A DNA stretch of 63,668 nucleotides, the filler included, from Klebsormidium nitens (taxonomy: Eukaryota > Plantae > Klebsormidiophyceae): the NCBI GenBank assembly GCA_000708835.1. It is 5 parts of 5 records of this genome, joined end to end, with 100 filler letters (N's around TTAATTAATTAA, not from the genome) between each part and the next. Parts side by side here need not be neighbours in the genome. Positions count along the whole stretch, not along the records: positions 1 to 23,287 come from DF237878.1; 4 more parts are not named here. One strand, 5' to 3'. The position numbers and the translations under genes are program-made. Shown piece after piece: positions 11,489 through 20,199 of the stretch. Numbering within the stretch: the first letter of the stretch is position 1; every line of letters begins with the position of its first letter. The notes under the pieces are model-generated. The model was given only the letters and a program-made list of their open reading frames with translations, did no database searches and was not told the DNA's origin.

Positions 11489-11881
11489 TTATGTCGAAGA
11501 TAGGAGGGCCGCTGGAACCTTTTTGGCCTGGTCTACCATTCTGACGAAGAAATACAGGCAGAGACCTTGTATGAAGAAATTGAGAGCTATCTGCGCAAAC
11601 GGTCCCCAGTTCACGACCAACGCTTTATCTTTCTTCGCTTCCTCGAACGAGTCGTATGGCGCATTGGGGCCGTTCTTTATAGTATAGAACGAATTATCTA
11701 AGGTGTGAGTGGATACCAAGGACAAGAATGGTCCGATGATGTCTTCGACGAAACTAGTGACGATCTTGCCGAACAGCCCACCTAGTACCGTACCTACGGC
11801 GAGATCCAACATGTTGCCACGGCTGATGAAATTCATGAAATGACAGCACTCGCCCTTGACCGCTCCGCCGATCGAAGCCAT
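11489..11881 (-). CDS. mscL: Large-conductance mechanosensitive channel
   Basis: Canonical N-terminal/TM1 signature FMNFISRGNMLDLAVGTVLGGLFGKIVTSFVEDIIGP and TM2 region NWGPFAQIALNFFIQGLCLYFFVRMV; 130 aa. Confidence 0.92.
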   Translation of the reverse strand: MASIGGAVKGECCHFMNFISRGNMLDLAVGTVLGGLFGKIVTSFVEDIIGPFLSLVSTHTLDNSFYTIKNGPNAPYDSFEEAKKDKALVVNWGPFAQIALNFFIQGLCLYFFVRMVDQAKKVPAALLSST

Positions 11882-11912
11882 TCAGTGACATAGAAGTCAT
11901 CGAGAAAACTTT

Positions 11913-12138
11913 CCGAATCTCGATCTCGCGATCAAAGAGCTGCTGATTAGACCATGTACCACACATAATCCTATGTGTTTTCAGACAATTTACATCCTGC
12001 AAATGTACACGGTCATTATGGGACCGATGGATCAATCACTGAACAGACCGCGACATCGTTACAATCATCCAGTGGTCTGACAGGCTAAGCATGACATATC
12101 TGCCATGGCCCCATCTTGCAGTCGTCCCGAGGGACGAA
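11913..12138 (-). ncRNA. Predicted omegaRNA/fRNA scaffold of the Fanzor2 element
   Basis: Non-coding ~225 nt directly 3' of the Fanzor stop with stems at 12122-12137 (7 bp), 12044-12049/12074-12079, 12011-12025, 11991-12007 and 11961-11978 (7 bp). Ends in TTCGG. Position matches established TnpB/Fanzor architecture; the 3' boundary is inferred. Confidence 0.65.
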
Positions 12139-13983
12139 TCATCGTCTACGAATCGCACGTAGTAAGATGTTCCGAGCACCATTGCAGTCCCGATCTACGA
12201 CTGCGGAGCAGCTTCCGCATCTGAAAGTCCTCGCGGCTCCCAAACCTTCATTCACTTCCCCGCATCTGCCACATGTCTTGCTCGTGTAGTGGTCGGAGAC
12301 GATCAAAACTCTCACTCCTCGGTCAGCGGCTTTGGCTATCAGCCGCTGCTTAAACTTGTAGTGCGACAGAAAGGACATCTGCCTGACGGTCTTGCTCCCG
12401 ATGCGACGTCGGATTTTTTGAACCATCTCGCTGGTCTCGAATGACGGTAAGAGTATAACCTTGGCCTTTCGAGTCAGGAACTCTGCGACCTTATAATGCA
12501 TCTCGTCACGCAAGTTAGCGATCTTCCTCCGGACCTTGATGATTCTCAGTCGCACCGATCGTCGCTTCCTGCGGTGTTCCTTCGGGATGCGCTTTTCGAA
12601 GGCCAGGAGTCGATCTAAAGTGATGGCTAATGAGAAGAGACGCTTGGCGCACCCATCGCCCAACTTGTATGCCTCGCTGGGGCTATACGCTGTCTGGAAC
12701 GTCCTCACCGCCGGATCGAGGGCGATCACGGCCTCCTTGGTTTCGTTGATAAGGGACTTGCTTTCGCTCCTCACTTTCATAGGGCGAGCTTTCCGATAGG
12801 GGATGAGGAGGTAGTATCTGGCACCATCGAACTGTAGCCGACAGTCCTTCGTAATCTCACCGATTGCACCCAGCGTCTCGAACTCCCAAGGACAATAGTC
12901 TCCGTAGATGATCAAGGTGCGCTTGCCTCTACTCTTGATAGCGGTCTTTGCTACACCAACACACCATTCTTTAGAATCTTCCTCCTTTCTCGACTTGAAG
13001 GCGAGCTCGAAATGAGCGATGTTTCCGCGTGCGAGACTAGTGAAGCAGGCTTTTGCATTGTTGGCCGCTTCGAAGACTGCAGCGGCCCTCACGTCCTTGG
13101 GTGTATTCAAGAGGTGTGGTTTGTCTCCGTTCACCTCAGCCGGAGTAATGAGGTCCCGAAGGTACATCTTATTGAAGCTCGCTGTCTCGTTCATGAGAAA
13201 CACCGCCTTATTGTAGCTGTATCGAGCTGAGTGCCTCCAGTCGTTCAGGATTCTCTTCTGATACTTCTTTGGGAGGATCCGAACCTTCCTCATCCTGATT
13301 AGCTTCTCCTGGTCCTTCTCCACCTCCTCTTCGTCGCTCTCCTGGTCGTCCTCGTCCTTTTTCGGCACAGCTCGTATCTCTTCCGTATCGTCTTCCGTTC
13401 CATCGACAGCCGAACACCTGAACGACCGCGAGCACGTCCTCCGCCAGCTCTGCTTCTGGAGACTTATCGTCTTGTTTGAGAACCACGAGTTGGACACCGT
13501 GTCTCTCGAAGAACCATAAGAGAAGATCGAATCCGAAACGACACAATCTGTCTTTTGAGGCAACCACAATCTCTCGTACAAGTCCTCTCTCGCTCTGTTC
13601 CAAAAGGGATAAAAGTCCCTTCCTCTTGAAGCTGAGGCCTGATCCGATGTCGCAAACAACTGAGTGTCTGGGATATTGGTCACGCAGATGCGCCTCTTGA
13701 CGTCGAAGGTCATTCTTCTGCTTATGACTGGAAACTCGGACGTAGACGTAGGAGGCACGCTCACCGGATGGATCGAGACTCTTGAGGTCGTAGATCCGCT
13801 TTCCTCCGGGACTTCGCTCGACCTTAATCTTTCCAGCGGCCTCCCATCTGATGAGGGTCCTGGTGCAGACACCGAAGTGACTGGCGGCCTCAGACAGTCT
13901 GACATATCCCATCCGACTCGACCTTGGCATACCCCTATAGAAAAGGGTGTGGGATTTGACCGCACTTGTCTGCGTTTGTTCAT
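12139..13983 (-). CDS. tnpB: Fanzor2/TnpB RNA-guided nuclease (IS607-associated)
   Basis: RuvC-I VIALDPAVRTF, rearranged RuvC-II ILLPSF, Zn finger TCGRC...CGSC, RuvC-III DRDCNGARNI, plus N-terminal PFWN..LWLP.KTDC..SWFS segment typical of IS607-linked viral/eukaryotic Fanzor2. Frame is open for 614 codons; in-frame ATGs at 13983, 13905 and 13713. Confidence 0.95.
   Translation of the reverse strand: MNKRRQVRSNPTPFSIGVCQGRVGWDMSDCLRPPVTSVSAPGPSSDGRPLERLRSSEVPEESGSTTSRVSIHPVSVPPTSTSEFPVISRRMTFDVKRRICVTNIPDTQLFATSDQASASRGRDFYPFWNRAREDLYERLWLPQKTDCVVSDSIFSYGSSRDTVSNSWFSNKTISLQKQSWRRTCSRSFRCSAVDGTEDDTEEIRAVPKKDEDDQESDEEEVEKDQEKLIRMRKVRILPKKYQKRILNDWRHSARYSYNKAVFLMNETASFNKMYLRDLITPAEVNGDKPHLLNTPKDVRAAAVFEAANNAKACFTSLARGNIAHFELAFKSRKEEDSKEWCVGVAKTAIKSRGKRTLIIYGDYCPWEFETLGAIGEITKDCRLQFDGARYYLLIPYRKARPMKVRSESKSLINETKEAVIALDPAVRTFQTAYSPSEAYKLGDGCAKRLFSLAITLDRLLAFEKRIPKEHRRKRRSVRLRIIKVRRKIANLRDEMHYKVAEFLTRKAKVILLPSFETSEMVQKIRRRIGSKTVRQMSFLSHYKFKQRLIAKAADRGVRVLIVSDHYTSKTCGRCGEVNEGLGAARTFRCGSCSAVVDRDCNGARNILLRAIRRR
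13208..13912 (-). CDS. tnpA: IS607-family serine recombinase/transposase
   Basis: N-terminal wHTH (YVRLSEAASHFGVCTRTLIRWE), catalytic YVRVSSHKQ..DL.RQ, DIGSGL..KRKGL, SKDRLCRFGF, ELAEDVLAV. Likely ATG 13912 (alternative 13930). Confidence 0.95.
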   Translation of the reverse strand: MGYVRLSEAASHFGVCTRTLIRWEAAGKIKVERSPGGKRIYDLKSLDPSGERASYVYVRVSSHKQKNDLRRQEAHLRDQYPRHSVVCDIGSGLSFKRKGLLSLLEQSERGLVREIVVASKDRLCRFGFDLLLWFFERHGVQLVVLKQDDKSPEAELAEDVLAVVQVFGCRWNGRRYGRDTSCAEKGRGRPGERRRGGGEGPGEANQDEEGSDPPKEVSEENPERLEALSSIQLQ

Positions 13984-13987
13984 TCAA

Positions 13988-14539
13988 TCACGAAGCAGTT
14001 ATTGGGACCTTCCGTCGTAACCCTTCATAATGTAGTAGCTGAGGATCGAAAGCTATATGTATGATACGGTACTTTCCAGAGGCAGCTTTTCTTTCCAAAA
14101 ACTTTCGACAATCGATCGAGACCGAACCACCCGTGACGTCGCTCCTGTGAACTACGATCACCGCACCTAACAAACCACTGAGAGCTAACAGCTCCGTGTG
14201 ACCGCCGAATGTTTTGCGATGCCGCATGTACTTTGCATACGATATGGGTCCTCGGACCGACTTGGCTGCGTCTTCTCCCTCGGCAGATTTGTACTCTAGT
14301 TCGACCAAGTCCCTCCCCGTCGGATTCCCTCGGACGCCTCCCAAAGACGACCGCCAAAACCTCAACACATAACCGATCGCCGCATCTCTCAACCGTCCCG
14401 ACACTCTCTTCAATTCGTCTGGTGTCACGTCTCTACCAGCGAGGGTGGCCGCAATCGCATGAAACATGCAGGATCCGTCCGCGGGCACCTCCACGCATCG
14501 GAAGTTGCTCCGCTTTTCCATGACCCCTTTGATATACAC
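13988..14539 (-). CDS. OTU-family cysteine protease / deubiquitinase
   Basis: VEVPADGSCMFHAIA (catalytic D..C box), FGGHTELLALS.LL, and terminal HYEGL (catalytic His). Confidence 0.88.
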   Translation of the reverse strand: MYIKGVMEKRSNFRCVEVPADGSCMFHAIAATLAGRDVTPDELKRVSGRLRDAAIGYVLRFWRSSLGGVRGNPTGRDLVELEYKSAEGEDAAKSVRGPISYAKYMRHRKTFGGHTELLALSGLLGAVIVVHRSDVTGGSVSIDCRKFLERKAASGKYRIIHIAFDPQLLHYEGLRRKVPITAS

Positions 14540-14623
14540 CAGTCAAACGGTTATCGAGCTTCTGTGCGCGTTTCGTGCGGTTCCAATCGGTCCCTGCTTT
14601 CGAGGGTCTATCCTAGGGGTTAC

Positions 14624-14923
14624 ATGTCGGGCATTCCGAAAGAATGTCGAACGATGTTGCTGGTTCTGGTTCCCTACACATATGCGGTCTTGGGATTTCT
14701 CACGTACCACACACTTTGGTATGGAGCCGATCACCTATATCAAACCACCTGCACACGCGGTTACTGGAGATCTTTGCTAGTTGCTTCGAGCGGTCCGTGT
14801 ACCGCACTCAAACGGTTCGGTGATGCTTCCCTCGCTGCATCGACTGGGACGGCCTTAGCATTGGGCAGCATGGCCACAGTAGCGGTTCTGCGTAACGTCG
14901 GAGATGTAATAGTCGCTACTTAG
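14624..14923 (+). CDS. Small membrane protein resembling a nucleocytovirus ORF family
   Basis: Hydrophobic segments flanking HLYQTTCTRGYWRSLLVASSGPCTAL (Y..C...G......SP.C..L pattern recalled from giant-virus ORFs); ATG at 14624. Confidence 0.45.
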   Translation: MSGIPKECRTMLLVLVPYTYAVLGFLTYHTLWYGADHLYQTTCTRGYWRSLLVASSGPCTALKRFGDASLAASTGTALALGSMATVAVLRNVGDVIVAT

Positions 14924-14931
14924 GACAATAT

Positions 14932-15312
14932 GTGCAAATGGATGAGCATACCATGGGAGACACCGCGTGCTACACATGTAGCCCCTCTACACCGCGTGCT
15001 CTGGCCTATATCATCGCCGATGGCCTTCTCGGGAGGCTCCACTTCGACCTCAAGCAGAGGACATACCTTATATACACGACATTCATGCACGTGAGGAGCC
15101 CGACGGATCTTCCCCCGCAGATCTTGGCGGATGCCCTTCGAGAGATCGAGAGGATGGTCACGGAGTTTTCCTAGGAGGTTTCCTTTGAGGTGCTTTACAA
15201 CAAAGGGCTATGGAATTCTCACCAACACTGCCACTGGAAAATCAGGATAGACGAGAGGAAGTTCCGGAAGCTCAAGCGCGACCATCTGAAAGCATCTTGT
15301 CTTTTTCAGTGA
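14932..15312 (+). pseudogene. Hypothetical gene interrupted by an in-frame TAG
   Basis: 80-aa ORF ends at TAG 15172-15174, but the same frame continues 45 sense codons (EVSFEVLYNKGLWNSHQHCHWKIRIDERKF...) to TGA 15310-15312. Confidence 0.45.
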
Positions 15313-15789
15313 TGCACCAGAATCTCACTCTATATAAGGCCACCGCCGTGGAAACAATCTGTTAGAAAGGTCGACTGCATAAAGTGATCGAAACGGACAA
15401 GCCAGCACGTTTTTCGAGAACGATGTTTGCTTACATACCACCAGCTGAATTTTCGCGACTCTGGTTGATATGAATGGCAATTGATCTGGTAGTCTATCCG
15501 ATATTTTTGAGATTGGTCTGGAACCACGCACTCGTAGACGCTTCATCCCTTGGGTTATCCAGAAGCATATGCTTTGGTCGCCGCCAAGTTTAAGCTGTAT
15601 ATTCACAAACAATGTATCCTTCCATGGCCTAAATGTAACCCTTCTATCGTCAAAGTACTTTTTCGACTGTCGGCCCACAAAACCCACCAAGGCTGAGTTC
15701 GCCAGCTCCTAATCACGATATTCGATATCGAGGCCCTAGCGAGGCAGAGCCCTCCAGAGGCCCGGTCGAAACCGATCCCCCTGTCAGGC

Positions 15790-16549
15790 GCTGATGATGC
15801 TTCAAGTATATGTTCCTCCCTCCACTGATGTCCCGGTCCATCTTCACCCGGCACCAACCGCACTCGAATACTTTCCTCCCTCCGATTGTCTCATGGATCC
15901 AACCACAATTCGTGCATGTCCCTTACGGCTCATCCAACACCATCAGATTGACCCCTCGCTCCTTGCACTTCATCGCCAACTGGGCCCTGGAAGTATAGTG
16001 CGACCAGATGGACATCTTCCTACTCGTGTCTCTCCCGATCCTCCCGGCGTGTACCACGTATATTCCGAGTGCACATCCTCGTCGTTCCGAATGGGGGCAA
16101 GATTAGGCTCCCGAAAGTATCCGTGAGTATCCGGCACTGGAAGATCGTGCCGTCTTCCAGTGAACTTTCGACACCAGATTTCGGACCCTATCATGCACCC
16201 TCAGCTCCGCTTTCTGCATCCGCCTGGCATAGGCCCTGCTCCGTGGCGGGCAGTCGGGTGATCTCGGAATGAATCCGATCCGCAGTGTCCTCGAGACGTA
16301 TCAAGCGTTGGATGCACCCTGGTGCTATTCGGATGGCCACTCCTAGGGTCGGACTGTATCCTGTCAGGAAGGTGCGTACAATCGAGAGTGACTATCGCGT
16401 CCCCTTGGTTCTCGAGGACGGTCACATCCTTCTCGACCGGAGCGTGAATGTGGAAAGTGACCGAGTTTGTTCATGACGAGCCTAGCATCGAGTTGGACCT
16501 TCCCCGATGCGTTCAGCAACTCGTTTCGATACCATGAAGAGGGCGTCAT
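15790..16549 (-). pseudogene. tnpB: Second, degraded Fanzor2/TnpB (C-terminal half)
   Basis: Manual frame-hopping gives DARLVMNKLG..., IVTLD[PG deleted]VRTFLTGYSP, RRMQKAELRVHDRVRNLVSKVHWKTA, ILPPFGTTRM, RIGRDTSRKMSIWSHY...VLDEP*GTCTNCG...FECGWC..MDRDISGGRNIYLKH. All RuvC and ZnF landmarks are collinear with the intact copy. Confidence 0.88.
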
Positions 16550-16680
16550 AGATAGATTAATGACATAGATTAGATCTATGATTTAGATCCGTCCAATCGC
16601 CATGAATTAGATTGCCATGAATTAGATCCATGAATTATATATGATATAAATGCTAGATTAGACATAGAGGACGCCATTGC
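16550..16680. repeat. AT-rich short direct repeats (CCATGAATTAGAT x3; TAGATTAGA)
   Basis: Copies near 16600, 16615 and 16628, directly upstream of the truncated Fanzor. Confidence 0.6.
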
Positions 16681-16921
16681 TTTTGCCCGCAAAATCTAAC
16701 CTTCCAAATTTCCTCATGACTTGACATGTTCTCGATTGTGTTTACAGTCTGTCCAGAATAAAATGGCACACGTAAAATTGTGCCTGGACGACAGGCGCTA
16801 ATCTATTGGTTGGCCATTAGTCTTTTAACCAGTTACGAGTCTGCCACCTCTTACGATACGATGACGAGGTGTGGTTGCGCCGGATCCGCGCACAGCGACG
16901 CCGCCTTCAGCTTCAAATCGA

Positions 16922-19900
16922 CTAGAATCCTGAGAGGCTCTGGAAGTCGAATAAGCCTTCCTTGACGACCGGCGAATCTTCGACGACTGAGGCACGCTCG
17001 TCGCAGTCGAGCAGCGGATCATCCGCAAGCGGGTCCTGCTGGCAGAATGGAATATCGTATAAGGGTATTTCCATTGCCCGTATATTCTCACTAACGCCTG
17101 ACTTCAACTTCAGCCGACCCGTTGTCTAACGGCAACCTGACAGCCTCTTTCAAGCAAAGTGAGCCGCAATTGATGGAATCAGAAGCTTGGAGGACTACGA
17201 TTTGCTATGAGCTCTTACAGGCGGGTGGGCAGAGAAGGAGTCCCAATTCCACTCGTCCTGGTCAATTCGGGTAGGTTCGGGGAAGGCAAGTGTGGCGAGG
17301 GGACCGGGAACGTCCATTTCGCTCACATTGTAATTTACCGTCTGCAAAAGAGAGAAGGTTCTGAGGCCGAGTCAGGTCTCATTCTTTTCGAGATGGGCAT
17401 TGTGAGATGAATGCTGAAAGACAACTTGCTAGAGGCATCCGATACTACTGCCCCTGCTTGCCGACAAGGCTCCGAGCATCAGAAGCTTGAAGGACCAAAA
17501 TGCGCTATTATGCGCTCTTACCGGCGCGTGGGCAGAGAAGGAGTCCCAGTTCCACTCGTCCTGGTCAATTCGGGTAGGTTCGGGGAAGGCAAGTGTGGCA
17601 AGGGGAACGGGAACGTCCACTTCGCTCATATTGTAATTCACCGTCTGCAAAGAAGAGAAGGTTCTGAGGCCGAGTCGGGTCCTCATTCTTTTCGAGATGG
17701 GCAATATGAGATGAATGCTAAAAGACAACTTGCTAGAGGCNNNNNNNNNNNNNNNNNNNNNNNNNNNNNNNNNNNNNNNNNNNNNNNNNNNNNNNNNNNN
17801 NNNNNNNNNNNNNNNNNNNNNNNNNNNNNNNNNNNNNNNNNNNNNNNNNNNNNNNNNNNNNNNNNNNNNNNNNNNNNNNNNNNNNNNNNNNNNNTNTATC
17901 NCCNANAGNAAGGTCCTCTACCGTCCCCGTAGGTTGGGTCCCTTCCGTCGTCCCTTTCCCGAACGATGGCTAATTGTGAGATAGAATGCTAAAAGACAAC
18001 TTGCTAGAGGCATCCGATACTCCTGCCCCTGCTTGCCGACAAGGCTCCGAGCATGAGAAGCTTGATGGACCAAAATGCGCTATTATGCGCTCTTACCGGC
18101 GCGTGGGCAGAGAATGAGCCCAGTAGAGTCCGGTTTTCCGGGTAAGTCTGGGTGGAAATTTCCACCCTTGAAATGGGCTCAAGCGCTTCAAGGTCGGCCA
18201 TGGGAATGCCGGTTTCACTGACGTTCAAGTCCACCATCTGCACAAGAACAAAGTGGTGTCTGAGACCCTGCGCAAAATTAAGCAACCAAAGAGAACTCTA
18301 GTGGGCAATGATAGAAGAAATTGAGGACTCCGACTCTTTGAGGTGCCAGAGTAGGCCTTGCTCTTCTTAGCTGGGCATGAGTACCCTGAATTCAACCGGA
18401 AAAACCTGCTAAACACATTCTTGAAACAGATTGCCGTACTTCCTTATTTGCCTTCTCCTTTAGTGTATTAGACGAAGGATACTCATAATAGAATTATTGG
18501 TAGATTACAATAAAGAAAGACAGCAGCTCACACTGTTTGAAGCGTTTACGGCCATGTTGGCTGGGGCGCTGCTGGAACTGTCGTCAAGCTGGGGGAGAGC
18601 GTCTGGGTCGTTCGCCATGTGTGAGAAAATAGCATTGAGGCGAGCTCGGGTGCCCAAGTTGCACTCCACAGTGCGATGTGTCCGCAAGTGGTCAATCAGG
18701 CGATCCCAGGTAAACTTGCGAAGCTCGGAGTCTTCAGCATACCAGTCAAAGAAGACGTCCAATTTGGACATCATCAGGCTGCGCTTAAGGTTCTGTCCAC
18801 GCTTTGCCCCAAAGTCCGACCAGTACAGCTGCAAAAATGAGCACCAATCAGACATGGGGTGGCAAGACGGTAAGGGGGGATTGTATCAGATCATTGATTG
18901 AATTCTGGTTGCAAAGTCAGTTGAGAATCATCTTATCGCATGAATAAAAATTTGTCTGCGATAAAAATTGGAGATCTTGTCTGGCTTTAGAGTGCTAGTG
19001 TAGTGCCCCTTGAGACACTGTGTGCCTGGAAGCATTCTGACCACCATCCTGTACGAAGAAGCTTGTTGAAGCTGCTGAACAGCAGGGTAAAACATGTAGG
19101 AACAAACAGAAGTTTCAGTGCCCAGAATAACATGAGAAAGGCGCTGTACTGATAAATTGGTAAATTTTGGTGTGCGTATAAGAATATGGGCTGTATGCTG
19201 CAGAAGTCGGCTGCATAGCACTTTCTGACCAGTGTCTGATGAAAAGCAAAATATGTTATTCCTACATGCCTGTATCCAGCTCGCAAAAACCTACCTGCTC
19301 CAATCCCTTGTCTTTGGCATACTTGTTGTACGCCTCAAACATTCCCACGAGAATGATCTCCACTGACTTGTTGTTGCTAACTTTCTTTGTGAAGATTGCA
19401 GAGGCTGGCAATCTCTTTCCCTGGCTGTCGGTCACCTTGAAGTCTCTGCAGCGAATACAGCGGGGCAGCCATGTCTTGCTGTTGGCGCAACCCGAGTTTG
19501 AATCGAACTTGCGCAAACCATAGCCAAGTTTAGGCTGACTCCTGAACATTGCCAAAGTCCCACTTCTGATCAAAGGGATACTTTGTGCCCAAACTTTCAG
19601 CAGTACATGCTCGCAAACACAATTCGGAACATACAAATGCTGCAATCAGGAGAGGATTCAGTAGACAAACCCTTCGCTTGTTGCCTTGGTGATGTCGTCT
19701 GCCAAGGCCGATGCGTAGAACTCCAGAATATGCGCTTGCTCCCCAAACAATGAATGAAAAAACTGCAACAGAAGAACGCTTAGCTGCACTACGGATACTT
19801 CCTGGGCATCCGCCATGTTGTCGTCCGCCATTGGGACACTTGAACTTCGCGGCATCGTTCAGCCAGCTCGATGTAGACCAACTGTCCAGCAGCCCGCCGA

Positions 19901-20072
19901 GAGAAGCGCAGTAGAACTCTGATGAATCTAGAGATTGGGCATGGCGAAGCCCTAAGGAGCTGAAGGAAATGAAACATTCTCTGGCTGTTCTGCTTTTATA
20001 ATGCTGATCACTTTGGAGCATCTCCATCGTTTTTAGCCCATGCAGACTTTCATGTGAGCAGTAGTCCTCCAT
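16922..20072 (-). pseudogene. Decayed or unknown multi-exon gene
   Basis: Exon-like ORFs at 19530-20072, 19262-19645 (ends GAGCAG/GTAGGT), 18505-18855, 18004-18285 (acceptor TTGTGCAG) and 17429-17728 (acceptor TTTTGCAG). No family recognised. Confidence 0.35.
17177..18120. repeat. ~300-bp tandem repeat, at least 3 copies, interrupted by an N gap
   Basis: ATCAGAAGCTTG...GGCAGAGAAGGAGTCCCA...GAAAGACAACTTGCTAGAGGC recurs near 17180, 17480 and after the gap (17985-18110). Confidence 0.85.
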
Positions 20073-20199
20073 GGGAGCGTCCTTAGGGGAACTCTTACTC
20101 CTCCTCTTTTTTAAGAGGAGTATACCCCGTCGCCTGCTCCTCAGTTTCCCTGGGGCAGGAACTCACGAAATCCTGCATTCCTGAAATGAAGCAAAGCAT

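Larger units (their letters stand above)
11913..14022 (-). mobile_element. IS607-like Fanzor2 transposon (TnpA + Fanzor2 + omegaRNA)
   Basis: tnpA-tnpB order and downstream structured ncRNA. Ends inferred from GG dinucleotides (IS607 core); exact ends uncertain by about 15 nt. Confidence 0.75.
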
